Below, in pieces: positions 16,755-24,730 of a stretch of DNA of 32,000 nt. How positions within the stretch are numbered: the first letter of the stretch is position 1; every line of letters begins with the position of its first letter. This stretch comes from Planctopirus limnophila DSM 3776 (GTDB lineage Bacteria > Planctomycetota > Planctomycetia > Planctomycetales > Planctomycetaceae): the NCBI RefSeq assembly GCF_000092105.1, contig NC_014148.1, positions 4,290,001 to 4,322,000 on the forward strand, in the 5' to 3' direction. A program made the translations under genes and the position numbers. The notes under the pieces are model-generated. The model saw nothing but the letters and a program-made list of their open reading frames with translations. It had not been told where the DNA came from and ran no database searches.

Positions 16755-18191
16755 TCAATGGGCTGGTGGCGGGCTGTTCTGGAAGGCGCGGTTTCTGAAG
16801 AGAAACTCGACCAGGTTTCCTTCGTGCGGCTGGAGCCAGTTCAATTGGACCGTCTTGACCCGGCCAATGTTCAGCCGGTCGATGTTATACGCATCGAGCA
16901 GTTGCTGGCTGAACTTGGGATCTTCCGTGATCGCTGTGCAGACCAGTGTGGGGCCAATGGCCTTGATCGTCTGATTCTGCGGGCATTCGACAACCGAAGT
17001 AAAGGGGAACATGTACTCGGCATTCGCGAGTTTGGCTTCGGGCGACGAGCAGTGAATGACCGTCGGGAGCAGGTATTCGGACTTCCCCAGTTTCCCGATG
17101 CGGTTACCGCCATGGAAAGCCGCACTGACATCGGTTGAGTAGCCATCCTTCAGACCTTCATCGATCTGGTTCGAGACACTTTCAGCCACACCCGCTGTTG
17201 TGGATGCTGCGAGAATGGCTTTGGGATCCGTTGCGGGAAGAGGCACAATTTCGGACATCTTCTTCGCGATTGCCTGGGCGATTTCCTTCGTGTGCCGGGA
17301 GGCATAGATGCTGGAGCAATTGATACACCCGCGACCACCATTGGCCGCCACGCTATCGACCATGGTATCGAGGTAATCTTCCCAGTGATCCACGAGGTCG
17401 TCGCCCAGAATGATCTTGCTGAAGCCCGGGCCATGAACAGAGACGCGGGGATTGCCTGCATGCTGCTGAACAGTCTGCTGGCTGCCGAAGATCATGCAGC
17501 GATGAGCGTCGCTGAGCAGTCCACCGCCGACATCATGACCACCGGGATACAGCGAAATGGCCTCGCGAGGAATGCCTGCAGCAAAGAATGCTTCCGTGAT
17601 GCGATAAGGTGTCCAGAACTCCTGTGAGCCGGGCTTGAGCATCAAACCAATCTGCATGGGGATCGCTGGGAGCCAGAGTGTATGAACTCCCGGCGAATTC
17701 GAGGGGAGAACAGCCCCCAGAATCGGCGTTGTGGCCTGATAGCTGACCATGACTCCCCGCGATTCCATGCCGTAGCCCTTCGAGAGAATCTCGTGGGGCA
17801 GGCCGCGTGTGAGAGCGTCGATCACTTCGCCCATGTGCGAGAGAACGTACGCATTCTTTCGCATATTGAAGGCACAAAGCGAAATGGGAATACCGGTCGT
17901 TGCGGACTGCATGTTGCAGAACTGCTCAGGAGTGAGTTTCCCGGTGCCGCAGGGAAGTTCGGCATTGAGGTAAAGGTCGGCCGCCTTCTTGCATTTCTCA
18001 ATCAGATCGTCGATCGAAAACTGGCGGAGTGCTTCGCGCGACTGCTGGGCTTTCCGCAGGTCCATCTTCACCATGGCCCCTGTGGCCTGATGCAGTCTGG
18101 CCAGAGTTTCGCCGGTTTCAAAGTGGTTAATATCCACTTTTTCCATACTGTCGTAAGGTTTGCCAAAGCGAAGGATGGGTACGTCGAACAT
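16755..18191 (-). CDS. Aldehyde-dehydrogenase-superfamily protein, LuxC-like acyl-CoA/acyl-protein reductase architecture
   Basis: 478 aa. It has an ALDH-like ordered motif set: LPSNSPGVHTLW (NAD(P)-binding region), VHGPGFSKIIL (equivalent to ELGGKSP), GGRGCINCSSIY (candidate nucleophile Cys), AEYMFPFTSVVECP (equivalent to EExFGP). It is divergent from classical ALDHs. Confidence 0.75.
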   Translation of the reverse strand: MFDVPILRFGKPYDSMEKVDINHFETGETLARLHQATGAMVKMDLRKAQQSREALRQFSIDDLIEKCKKAADLYLNAELPCGTGKLTPEQFCNMQSATTGIPISLCAFNMRKNAYVLSHMGEVIDALTRGLPHEILSKGYGMESRGVMVSYQATTPILGAVLPSNSPGVHTLWLPAIPMQIGLMLKPGSQEFWTPYRITEAFFAAGIPREAISLYPGGHDVGGGLLSDAHRCMIFGSQQTVQQHAGNPRVSVHGPGFSKIILGDDLVDHWEDYLDTMVDSVAANGGRGCINCSSIYASRHTKEIAQAIAKKMSEIVPLPATDPKAILAASTTAGVAESVSNQIDEGLKDGYSTDVSAAFHGGNRIGKLGKSEYLLPTVIHCSSPEAKLANAEYMFPFTSVVECPQNQTIKAIGPTLVCTAITEDPKFSQQLLDAYNIDRLNIGRVKTVQLNWLQPHEGNLVEFLFRNRAFQNSPPPAH

Positions 18192-18266
18192 GGTGGTACT
18201 CGATATGTAAGAGTAAGCAAATATATTTTTTAAAATGATCGTGTGGGAGTGATTTCAGCTCAACCT

Positions 18267-18659
18267 TCAGATGTCTTCAAGAGCTTCCAGTACAACCTCA
18301 CCACCTGCGAAAATATTCATTCGAAGTGAAAACCCTGCCAGCAAAGCCATACCAATGAGTGTAGTGGTGCCGCCACCATAGGCCTCGACAGTGGCACGAC
18401 CAAACTCAGTAACAACATCAACTTGAAAGATGTCTCCAATAGCCAGACTTCCATCAGCAGTGAGATATTGGCCAGTGCCAATTGGACTTAGCCCCAGTTC
18501 CTGTATGACGCCATGATCTAGCACAAGATAGGTTGTACAACCTGTATCAATGATCGCTTCCACCCGAAGAGATCGATCGTCATTCCCCAGCAAGTACACT
18601 GGCAGTACTGGTTCGAGTCGGTCGTTGATGTATCCCTTCAAGCAAGATCCTTCCATCAA
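18267..18659 (-). CDS. Retropepsin-like clan AA aspartic protease (single-domain, about 130 aa)
   Basis: VEAIIDTGCTTYLVLD carries the DTG catalytic motif. LIGMALLAGFSLRMN matches the C-terminal LLGMDxL-type motif of bacterial/archaeal mini-retropepsins. The track start is TTG 18659; ATG follows at 18656. The upstream ORF's stop (TAG, 18660-18662) abuts this start directly. Confidence 0.7.
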   Translation of the reverse strand: MMEGSCLKGYINDRLEPVLPVYLLGNDDRSLRVEAIIDTGCTTYLVLDHGVIQELGLSPIGTGQYLTADGSLAIGDIFQVDVVTEFGRATVEAYGGGTTTLIGMALLAGFSLRMNIFAGGEVVLEALEDI

Positions 18660-18914
18660 CTACGAAACACGACGCCACGAGCCCATTGAGAAAGCCAGAG
18701 GGCTACCAATTTTCCTGAGAAATGGCTTACTTTCCGGATGTCTCGCACGAACTTGCTGTATTGCCAATATCCCTTTGGAGTTGACTTCATAATCACCAGA
18801 TTCGACATCGATAGCGATAAACAGTTCCGGATTTTCGCCAATTAACTGACTAGCGATACGATGCTCGAAAAGCCAGTTGGCCTTATCGGCCGTCGCGTCT
18901 GTTGCAGAGGACAT
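18660..18914 (-). CDS. Small hypothetical protein, partner of the retropepsin-like protease
   Basis: 84 aa: MSSATDATADKANWLFEHRIASQLIGENPELFIAIDVESGDYEV.... Its stop is immediately adjacent to the protease start. It shares the same lower-GC composition as the protease gene. I recognise no domain with certainty. Confidence 0.5.
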   Translation of the reverse strand: MSSATDATADKANWLFEHRIASQLIGENPELFIAIDVESGDYEVNSKGILAIQQVRARHPESKPFLRKIGSPLAFSMGSWRRVS

Positions 18915-18950
18915 GTAAAACCTCCAGGCAAAAATGGATGATTCTATGGC

Positions 18951-20051
18951 CTAGTAAACCCCCACAGTGGTACTCTTCGCAATTTCATGGAATGGGCGGG
19001 TGCCGCTGATGCCGTCCCAGGGGAACTTATCGCAAGGAAGTTCGCGTTCGCCTTCATCGCGTTCCATGAAGCCCGGCACAAAGAGTTCCTTTGTCATCGT
19101 GTAGAGCTTCACGCGGCCTGTCTGGCCGTAATCCACGACCTTGTTGTAATCCTTGAAATCGACCACCTCGATGGCTGCCCGCGGCTGGGGTGCATGGTAG
19201 GTGATTTTATAGTTATCTGCAGGATCGAACGGCTTACTACAGGCCAGGCCCATCAGCGTGTTGCCGTAAGTAGGGGTCATGAAAACATCCGGCCCGAGAA
19301 GTTCTTCACAGCAGTAGCGATACCACTGGGGAGAAAACTCTGTCCCGCCGCCAAAAATCCCCGTAATCCCCTCTTCGGCAATACTGCTCCCATTATCAAT
19401 CAGCTTGAGAGCCAGTGCTTCGAGCAGTTTAGGAGTCATAAAGGCGCACTTGATATCGTGCCCACCTTTGAGAATTGTCAGCACCTGATCAATGCAGTGA
19501 TTCTTATAATCTTCGGCTTCTTTAATGCGTCCCTGCTTGAGCAGCTTAACGACCCACCGTGGGTCAAGATCAATACAGAAGCAGATCCCGCCGCGATATT
19601 GAGCCAGATGCTCAATGGCCAGCCGCAGTCTACGCGGGCCTGACGGGCCGAGCATCAGCCAGTTGGATCCTGGTGGAAACCATTTGTCGTCCAAGGTTTT
19701 GGAAAACTCTTCATAATCGATCCAATGATCTTCAATGACCATGCGGCTTTTGGGCAGACCTGTCGTTCCGCCTGTTTCGAAAACATAGACAGGTTTACCG
19801 GCCAGGCCTTTGGGAACCCAGCGGCTGATCGGCCCGCCACGCAGCCAGTCGTCTTCAAAGTGAGGGAACTTTTTGAGGTCTTCAAAACTTTTCACCTCTT
19901 TAACAGGGTCAAAGTTAAAAGTTTTGGCCTTTTCCAGCCAGAAGGGAGAACCTGTCTCCGGGCTGAAATGCCAGTGAATCGTTTCCACGGTGTGCTGATC
20001 AAGTCGATCTTTGGCAGCAGCAATCTTGGCAGAATCAACCATAGCCATCAC
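18951..20051 (-). CDS. Adenylate-forming enzyme, LuxE (acyl-protein synthetase) / PaaK (aryl-CoA ligase) type
   Basis: 366 aa. FETGGTTGLPKS is the phosphate-binding loop of the LuxE/PaaK branch (compare SSGTTGKP). GIFGGGTEF is the second Gly-rich motif. GTG at 20051 is followed by ATG at 20048, with aggaa upstream. Confidence 0.8.
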   Translation of the reverse strand: MMAMVDSAKIAAAKDRLDQHTVETIHWHFSPETGSPFWLEKAKTFNFDPVKEVKSFEDLKKFPHFEDDWLRGGPISRWVPKGLAGKPVYVFETGGTTGLPKSRMVIEDHWIDYEEFSKTLDDKWFPPGSNWLMLGPSGPRRLRLAIEHLAQYRGGICFCIDLDPRWVVKLLKQGRIKEAEDYKNHCIDQVLTILKGGHDIKCAFMTPKLLEALALKLIDNGSSIAEEGITGIFGGGTEFSPQWYRYCCEELLGPDVFMTPTYGNTLMGLACSKPFDPADNYKITYHAPQPRAAIEVVDFKDYNKVVDYGQTGRVKLYTMTKELFVPGFMERDEGERELPCDKFPWDGISGTRPFHEIAKSTTVGVY

Positions 20052-20169
20052 AGTTCCTGAGAGTTGGTTTTGTGTTTGAAAACTTTGACTATTGTCTGAT
20101 TTTAGAAGTCAGGAATTGAGCGTCTCGAAGAATTATCAAAATCCCGAATTCGAACGCTGAATCACTGAG

Positions 20170-21747
20170 TTAATCCATATCTGTTGCAGATGGTTCGGGA
20201 AGGAAGAAACTCAAAGCAAAGCCCACCAACGTGACAAATCCGGCCACGCTGGCCGCTGCGATTGAGAAGGCCATCGGCGGCGAGAAACCACCGGCGGCAC
20301 CAGCATTGGCTGTCAAAAACCCGGCAATCGTGGTCGTGACCAGGGCAAAGCTGGTACCGATCATCCGGCCACCAATATTGGCAGCAAAGCTTTCTCCCGT
20401 ACCACGCAAATGGAGTGGATAGACGCGAGGCAAATAGTTCCCCCAGAAACTGAATTGTCCCACGACAAACAGGCCGGCCATAAAGACACCCAGTGAGACG
20501 GTGGTAATGGGCAATACACCCAAAAAGATGGCTTCGAGATTGATTTCAAAGAAGGTTTGATTTTCCACCTGCAAAAACAGGGCAAAGACGGCCGGGAGAA
20601 TGATCAAGCCGGGAATCTGCAGGCACCAGAGGAGTTTACGCCGGCTGAGAATTCGCACAGCCAGTAATGCCAGCAGGAAGCGACCAACCAGACCGCCGAT
20701 TTCTTGAACCTTGGTGTATTCACTGGCGATCTTCTGCTCGTATTGCCGCATGGCACCCATTTTGGCTTTTTTCGCCAGTTCAGGATCAGGTGGCAACTTG
20801 GCCTTGTCGGCTGCAGCGATCGCTTTTTCCTTCACATCAGCCAGGCCAGGGACAATTTGTGGAATCTGTTGAATAGCACCGAAAGCTGCCCCATAGCTCA
20901 TGGCGAACATTAACGTGGTCACTATGGTCGTCTTACGCAACTGAGGCGAAAAGAGCTGCGCAATGCTGGGCCGCTTGAGAGTTCCTGCAGTGGCTTTTTC
21001 TTTCCAGGCGGGCGATTCTGGTAAAAAGGGCCTGATGATAATGAGGGGAATGGCAGGGATCAGCCCCGACATCAACGTGTATCGCCACGCTTCGTGATGA
21101 TGTGCCGGTTCAATAGTTCCCCAGAAGCCTGCGGCAAATTCGGGAATGAACGTTGGTGGCAAATCAGCAGCAAAACGGATCGCCAGACCATTCATGATGG
21201 CGACTAGCAAGCCGCCAATCGATGAAAATGCCTGGGTATAACCCAAAACTTTTTCTCGCTGGTGAGGATTCGGGAATAACTCGGCGAGCCACGCCACCGC
21301 AGCCACAAACTCGACACACACACCAATGAACATGGTGCAGCGGAAGAAGAGCAGCATCCAGATACTCGTGGAAAAGCCAGCGAGAAAAGCTGAGCCCGCA
21401 TACAGCAGAATACTCCAGGTCAACACACTGCGGCGACCGAGGCGATCTGTCAGGTATCCTCCCAGAAGGCCGAATGCTCCTCCGGCAAATGCAGGAATGT
21501 AGAAAAGTCGCCCCACCCACATCAAAAACTCGGGGCTGCCAGGCTGTGCACCCACCAGTTCCAAGAGTGCAGGACGGACAATCAGTGGCAACATCAGCAG
21601 TTCATAAATGTCGAACGCAAAGCCAATGGCTGCAATGATGCAAATCAGCCAGCGGGTCATATCCATGGGAACTGGCGGAGGTGGCAATAGGCCCGCAGGT
21701 GAAGAAGACATGCATTGGTTCCAGGCAGGCAACAAAGTGTGGGGCAA
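20170..21747 (-). CDS. MFS transporter (sugar-porter / aromatic-acid:H+ symporter-like)
   Basis: 525 aa with about 12 hydrophobic segments. It has the GYLTDRLGRR loop 2-3 signature and PESPAW after TM6, plus a long charged central loop. The true start may be Met13 (21711) or Met28 (21666, MDMTRWLICII). Confidence 0.85.
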   Translation of the reverse strand: MPHTLLPAWNQCMSSSPAGLLPPPPVPMDMTRWLICIIAAIGFAFDIYELLMLPLIVRPALLELVGAQPGSPEFLMWVGRLFYIPAFAGGAFGLLGGYLTDRLGRRSVLTWSILLYAGSAFLAGFSTSIWMLLFFRCTMFIGVCVEFVAAVAWLAELFPNPHQREKVLGYTQAFSSIGGLLVAIMNGLAIRFAADLPPTFIPEFAAGFWGTIEPAHHHEAWRYTLMSGLIPAIPLIIIRPFLPESPAWKEKATAGTLKRPSIAQLFSPQLRKTTIVTTLMFAMSYGAAFGAIQQIPQIVPGLADVKEKAIAAADKAKLPPDPELAKKAKMGAMRQYEQKIASEYTKVQEIGGLVGRFLLALLAVRILSRRKLLWCLQIPGLIILPAVFALFLQVENQTFFEINLEAIFLGVLPITTVSLGVFMAGLFVVGQFSFWGNYLPRVYPLHLRGTGESFAANIGGRMIGTSFALVTTTIAGFLTANAGAAGGFSPPMAFSIAAASVAGFVTLVGFALSFFLPEPSATDMD

Positions 21748-22328
21748 AGTCGAGACTGAAATTCTACAGTCAGAACTGGCGATGCAAACAGTTGTCTAAA
21801 CAAGTTTAAAGCTGAATTCGAATCGCCGAAAGTCCTGTACACGGATGATCAGACAATTCGGTCGCGGGAAAACCTGAGGATTCTCCACAGGATTCACCCA
21901 CTCATTCATCCAAACTTGTTGATGAATTGTCGCTGGCGAGCATAAAAGCCATGCGGGCCAAAGGCAAACGGTTCCTGGCCAAACATTCGCAAGTTTTTGC
22001 CAGGCTTGTTCCCCTATGAGGAAATTCCACCGGCAATCGGCTTTCTTTCATGAGAAACAGCGAGAATCCCCACTGGAACCATCAGATACTTATCGCATGA
22101 ACACCTATCGACTTTCCATCAACAACCTGATCTGTGTTATGGCGAAAGAAATCGCGACAGGCAGAAATTGCGGGTGAAACCTGACATTCGGGCGTGAACT
22201 CGGGATTGCAGCACTCTTTTGATCGATCTACAGTTCGCCGATCTGTATCCCCCGGCAGGCTCATCGAATTCGGCAATGCCAAGATACTTACTGTCAACAT
22301 TCCTTCTTTTGCAGAGGCAGCTTCCTCG

Positions 22329-23576
22329 ATGATAGACCGAATGCTGCCTATCGTCCCGCCCTGCACCAGAAGCCTCATTCTGGGAACGATCCTCTGTTTG
22401 ACTGTGATTCCCTGTGGTTGCAATTCGCTGACCAAAAAAGTCGATAATCCCGTGATGGTTCCTCCTCCCCGGAGAGTGTCACTGAATGATGAGCGAGCCA
22501 ATGCCGCCGATAAAGCGCTGGCCGAAGGTTCCCTCAAGCTGAAGCAGGCGGCTGCCAGCGATATCGTGCAGACATCGGGGGAAGAAACGATTCTGGCCCA
22601 GAATGATGATGCGGTCTTCGGTGCCCAGGTGGTGGCAAGGGTAAATGGCGCCCCAATTTTTGCCAGTGAAGTCCTCGAGCGGTATGGCGAAGTTCTGGCT
22701 CAGGCCCGCGAAAAACTCCCGCCCGATAAATTCAATCTGCTGCGCGAAAACATTATCGCCCAAAATCTGAGAGCACATGTTGAGCGACAGTTAATTGTCG
22801 AGCGCATGCGAGCGGACATGAAGCCCGATCAACTGAAGCAGTTGGATGGGTATCTTGATGCCGCCTTCGAAAAAGAAATGGTCAAGCTGAAAGAGCAGCT
22901 GAAAGTTCAAACCAAGCCCGAGCTGGAATACGAACTCAACAAGCGCGGGACCTGCCTGGAAGATGTCCGGCAATCCTTCCAGAACAACCGGATTGCGATG
23001 GAGTATCTGGCAGTCAAGGCCGGCAAGCCTGAGCCGATCAATCGTAAAGATCTGGTGGAGTACTATGAATCGCATCCCGAAGAGTTCCGCCTTGAATCCC
23101 GCGTGAAGTGGAAACAGATTCAATGTTCGTTCCTGAAGAGCGATCAGGAGCAGGCCCGGGTGAAGATGAAATCGGCACTCGAAGAACTCGCGAATGGCGA
23201 GTCCTTTGAGGATGTCGCCAGGAAGTACTCCGATGGGGTAACTGCGAAAGAGGGTGGGCACTGGGATTGGACCCAGAAAGGAAGCCTGAGCGATAAAAAG
23301 CTGGAAGAGATCCTCTTCACAGCCAAAGTTGGCGAACTGAGCGATGTGACGATTATCGGCCGGGCCTATCAGGTTGTGTTTGTGGAAGAGCGGGAATCGG
23401 CGGGCATGCGACCCTTTGCAGAGGTCCAGCAGGAAATCCACAAGAAAATCGAGCCGACCCGTTTTCCCAACCCCCGCAAAATCCTCGACGCCATGCTCGC
23501 CAGTGCCGTCATCGAAACCGATTACCCACTCGGCCTCGACACCGCGAAGGCTGGCGCAAACAACGCCACCAAGTAG
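22329..23576 (+). CDS. SurA/PrsA-like peptidyl-prolyl isomerase (parvulin-type), probable lipoprotein
   Basis: The track ORF is 22194..23576. ATG 22329 gives MIDRMLPIVPPCTRSLILGTILCLTVIPCGC, a signal peptide with a lipobox-like Cys. There is a SurA-N-like region (VNGAPIFASEVLERY). The PpiC-type rotamase region runs RVKWKQIQCSF...FEDVARKYSDGVTAKEGGHWDWTQKGSL...VGELSDVTIIGRAYQVVFVEER. Confidence 0.8.
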   Translation: MIDRMLPIVPPCTRSLILGTILCLTVIPCGCNSLTKKVDNPVMVPPPRRVSLNDERANAADKALAEGSLKLKQAAASDIVQTSGEETILAQNDDAVFGAQVVARVNGAPIFASEVLERYGEVLAQAREKLPPDKFNLLRENIIAQNLRAHVERQLIVERMRADMKPDQLKQLDGYLDAAFEKEMVKLKEQLKVQTKPELEYELNKRGTCLEDVRQSFQNNRIAMEYLAVKAGKPEPINRKDLVEYYESHPEEFRLESRVKWKQIQCSFLKSDQEQARVKMKSALEELANGESFEDVARKYSDGVTAKEGGHWDWTQKGSLSDKKLEEILFTAKVGELSDVTIIGRAYQVVFVEERESAGMRPFAEVQQEIHKKIEPTRFPNPRKILDAMLASAVIETDYPLGLDTAKAGANNATK

Positions 23577-23819
23577 GCGAAGCTCTCTGGGTCTGCTATT
23601 GGGTCTAGTTCTCAAATCTTAGATTCGACTGAGACCGATGATTTCGACCCTAAACTTGTAGTCGTTTTCGGTCTATCATTCAGAGCAATCGAGTATCCAA
23701 TCAGCATGAGTCTTCAGACTCATCGTTTTCTGGCTGTAACTCCACGCATCAGCCATTCTCACCTGATAAAAGGTCGAACAGCATTCAGAGATCGATGTTG
23801 TTTGAGGAAATCGCTTTTC

Positions 23820-24242
23820 ATGGCCCGCATTCTCGTTTATGAGCCGTCGCCGTGGTTTCTTCCGGAATTGCAGAGGCAGTACGGAGGTGAGAACGTCTCG
23901 ATGACTGCCGGGAACGAGCGGCAGAGACATGTCGCTTCTCAAGCAGAGAGAGCAGGCCCACCGCATGAAACGACGGCCTGCGTCGTTGTCGATCTGCGCA
24001 GGCGTCCCGAACGTTGCGTCGAACTGGTCGAAGAATTACGCCATCGTCATCCAGAAGCTCGACTGATACTGATTGGTGATGAACGTCTGGCTCCACTTGA
24101 ATGGGTGCTTCGCGAACTGGGAGTGGCACATCTTGAGACCAACCCGGTGCGGGGTGTCGACCTGAAAAGATGGATCGATCCCATTCTGCAGTGCCAGTCG
24201 AGACCGAGAGATCTCTCAATGCCCGTACAGAAATCTCATTGA
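23820..24242 (+). CDS. Hypothetical protein (possibly a degenerate receiver-like fold)
   Basis: The track ORF is 23706..24242. ATG 23820 gives MARILVYEPSPWF...ACVVVDLRRRP...ARLILIGDE, a spacing reminiscent of a CheY-like beta-alpha pattern. The antisense ORF 23818..24219 is Arg/Ser-rich junk, so the plus frame is preferred. Confidence 0.45.
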   Translation: MARILVYEPSPWFLPELQRQYGGENVSMTAGNERQRHVASQAERAGPPHETTACVVVDLRRRPERCVELVEELRHRHPEARLILIGDERLAPLEWVLRELGVAHLETNPVRGVDLKRWIDPILQCQSRPRDLSMPVQKSH

Positions 24243-24249
24243 CAGTCTG

Positions 24250-24657
24250 TCACTGAGACTGATCGAAACGATGTGCGAGATCACAAAGATCTGCCAGATC
24301 AGCTTCTGGAAACAATACTCGCAATCGCCCGGGATCATCAACCTGCCAGCGGGAGACGGCTTCCGCCAGGACATCCAGATAGACGTTTCTGCTCCGTCGT
24401 CCTGGCCCAAAGGGCAAATCCTCGTGACGAATCACCACCGGTCGATCGTGCAGCCACGAAAGATCATTCAAGGCATCTGCCAAAGCATCCCAGTTGTGAC
24501 CAAACCAGGGGCAGCCCAGTTGCTGGCTGTAAATATCCAGAAGTGTCTGCTTCGAGGAAATTCTTGCAGGAATGGTCACTATGAACACACCGACTGCAAG
24601 CTGTACCGGGCTGAGTGGCTCAAAGCAACGGGCGTAGGGAAGATTTTCAGATGACAT
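24250..24657 (-). CDS. Barstar-family ribonuclease inhibitor
   Basis: 135 aa. ISSKQTLLDIYSQQLGCPWFGHNWDALADALNDLSW aligns with barstar's [31 protein letters not shown]. This includes both acidic residues of the barnase-binding helix (D..D in NWDALADAL). It lies 73 bp downstream of a barnase-type RNase gene. Confidence 0.75.
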   Translation of the reverse strand: MSSENLPYARCFEPLSPVQLAVGVFIVTIPARISSKQTLLDIYSQQLGCPWFGHNWDALADALNDLSWLHDRPVVIRHEDLPFGPGRRSRNVYLDVLAEAVSRWQVDDPGRLRVLFPEADLADLCDLAHRFDQSQ

Positions 24658-24730
24658 GAGTCCTCACTGCCGGTTGACGTCGTTGAACCATCGCGTAATT
24701 CGGGCTTGGGAAGGCGAGTTGGCAGCAGAA

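Noticed and set aside
16665-18233. Plus-strand ORFs 16665..17138 (157 aa) and 17682..18233 (183 aa).
   Set aside because: They are antisense shadows of the ALDH/LuxC-like gene, whose ALDH motif order is clear.
22082-22537. 151-aa minus-strand ORF spanning the PPIase 5' region.
   Set aside because: It overlaps the well-supported PPIase start and signal peptide on the other strand. It has no motif and is probably spurious.
22791-23615. 274-aa minus-strand ORF.
   Set aside because: It is antisense to the PPIase gene, which has SurA-N and PpiC rotamase motifs. Its translation is repetitive Leu/Phe/Gly-rich with no motif.
23818-24654. Minus ORF 23818..24219 (133 aa) and plus ORFs 24271..24654 and 24273..24584.
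   Set aside because: The opposite-strand partners are better supported: the plus hypothetical has balanced composition, and minus barstar carries the NWDALADAL motif. These ORFs are Arg/Ser/Pro-rich.
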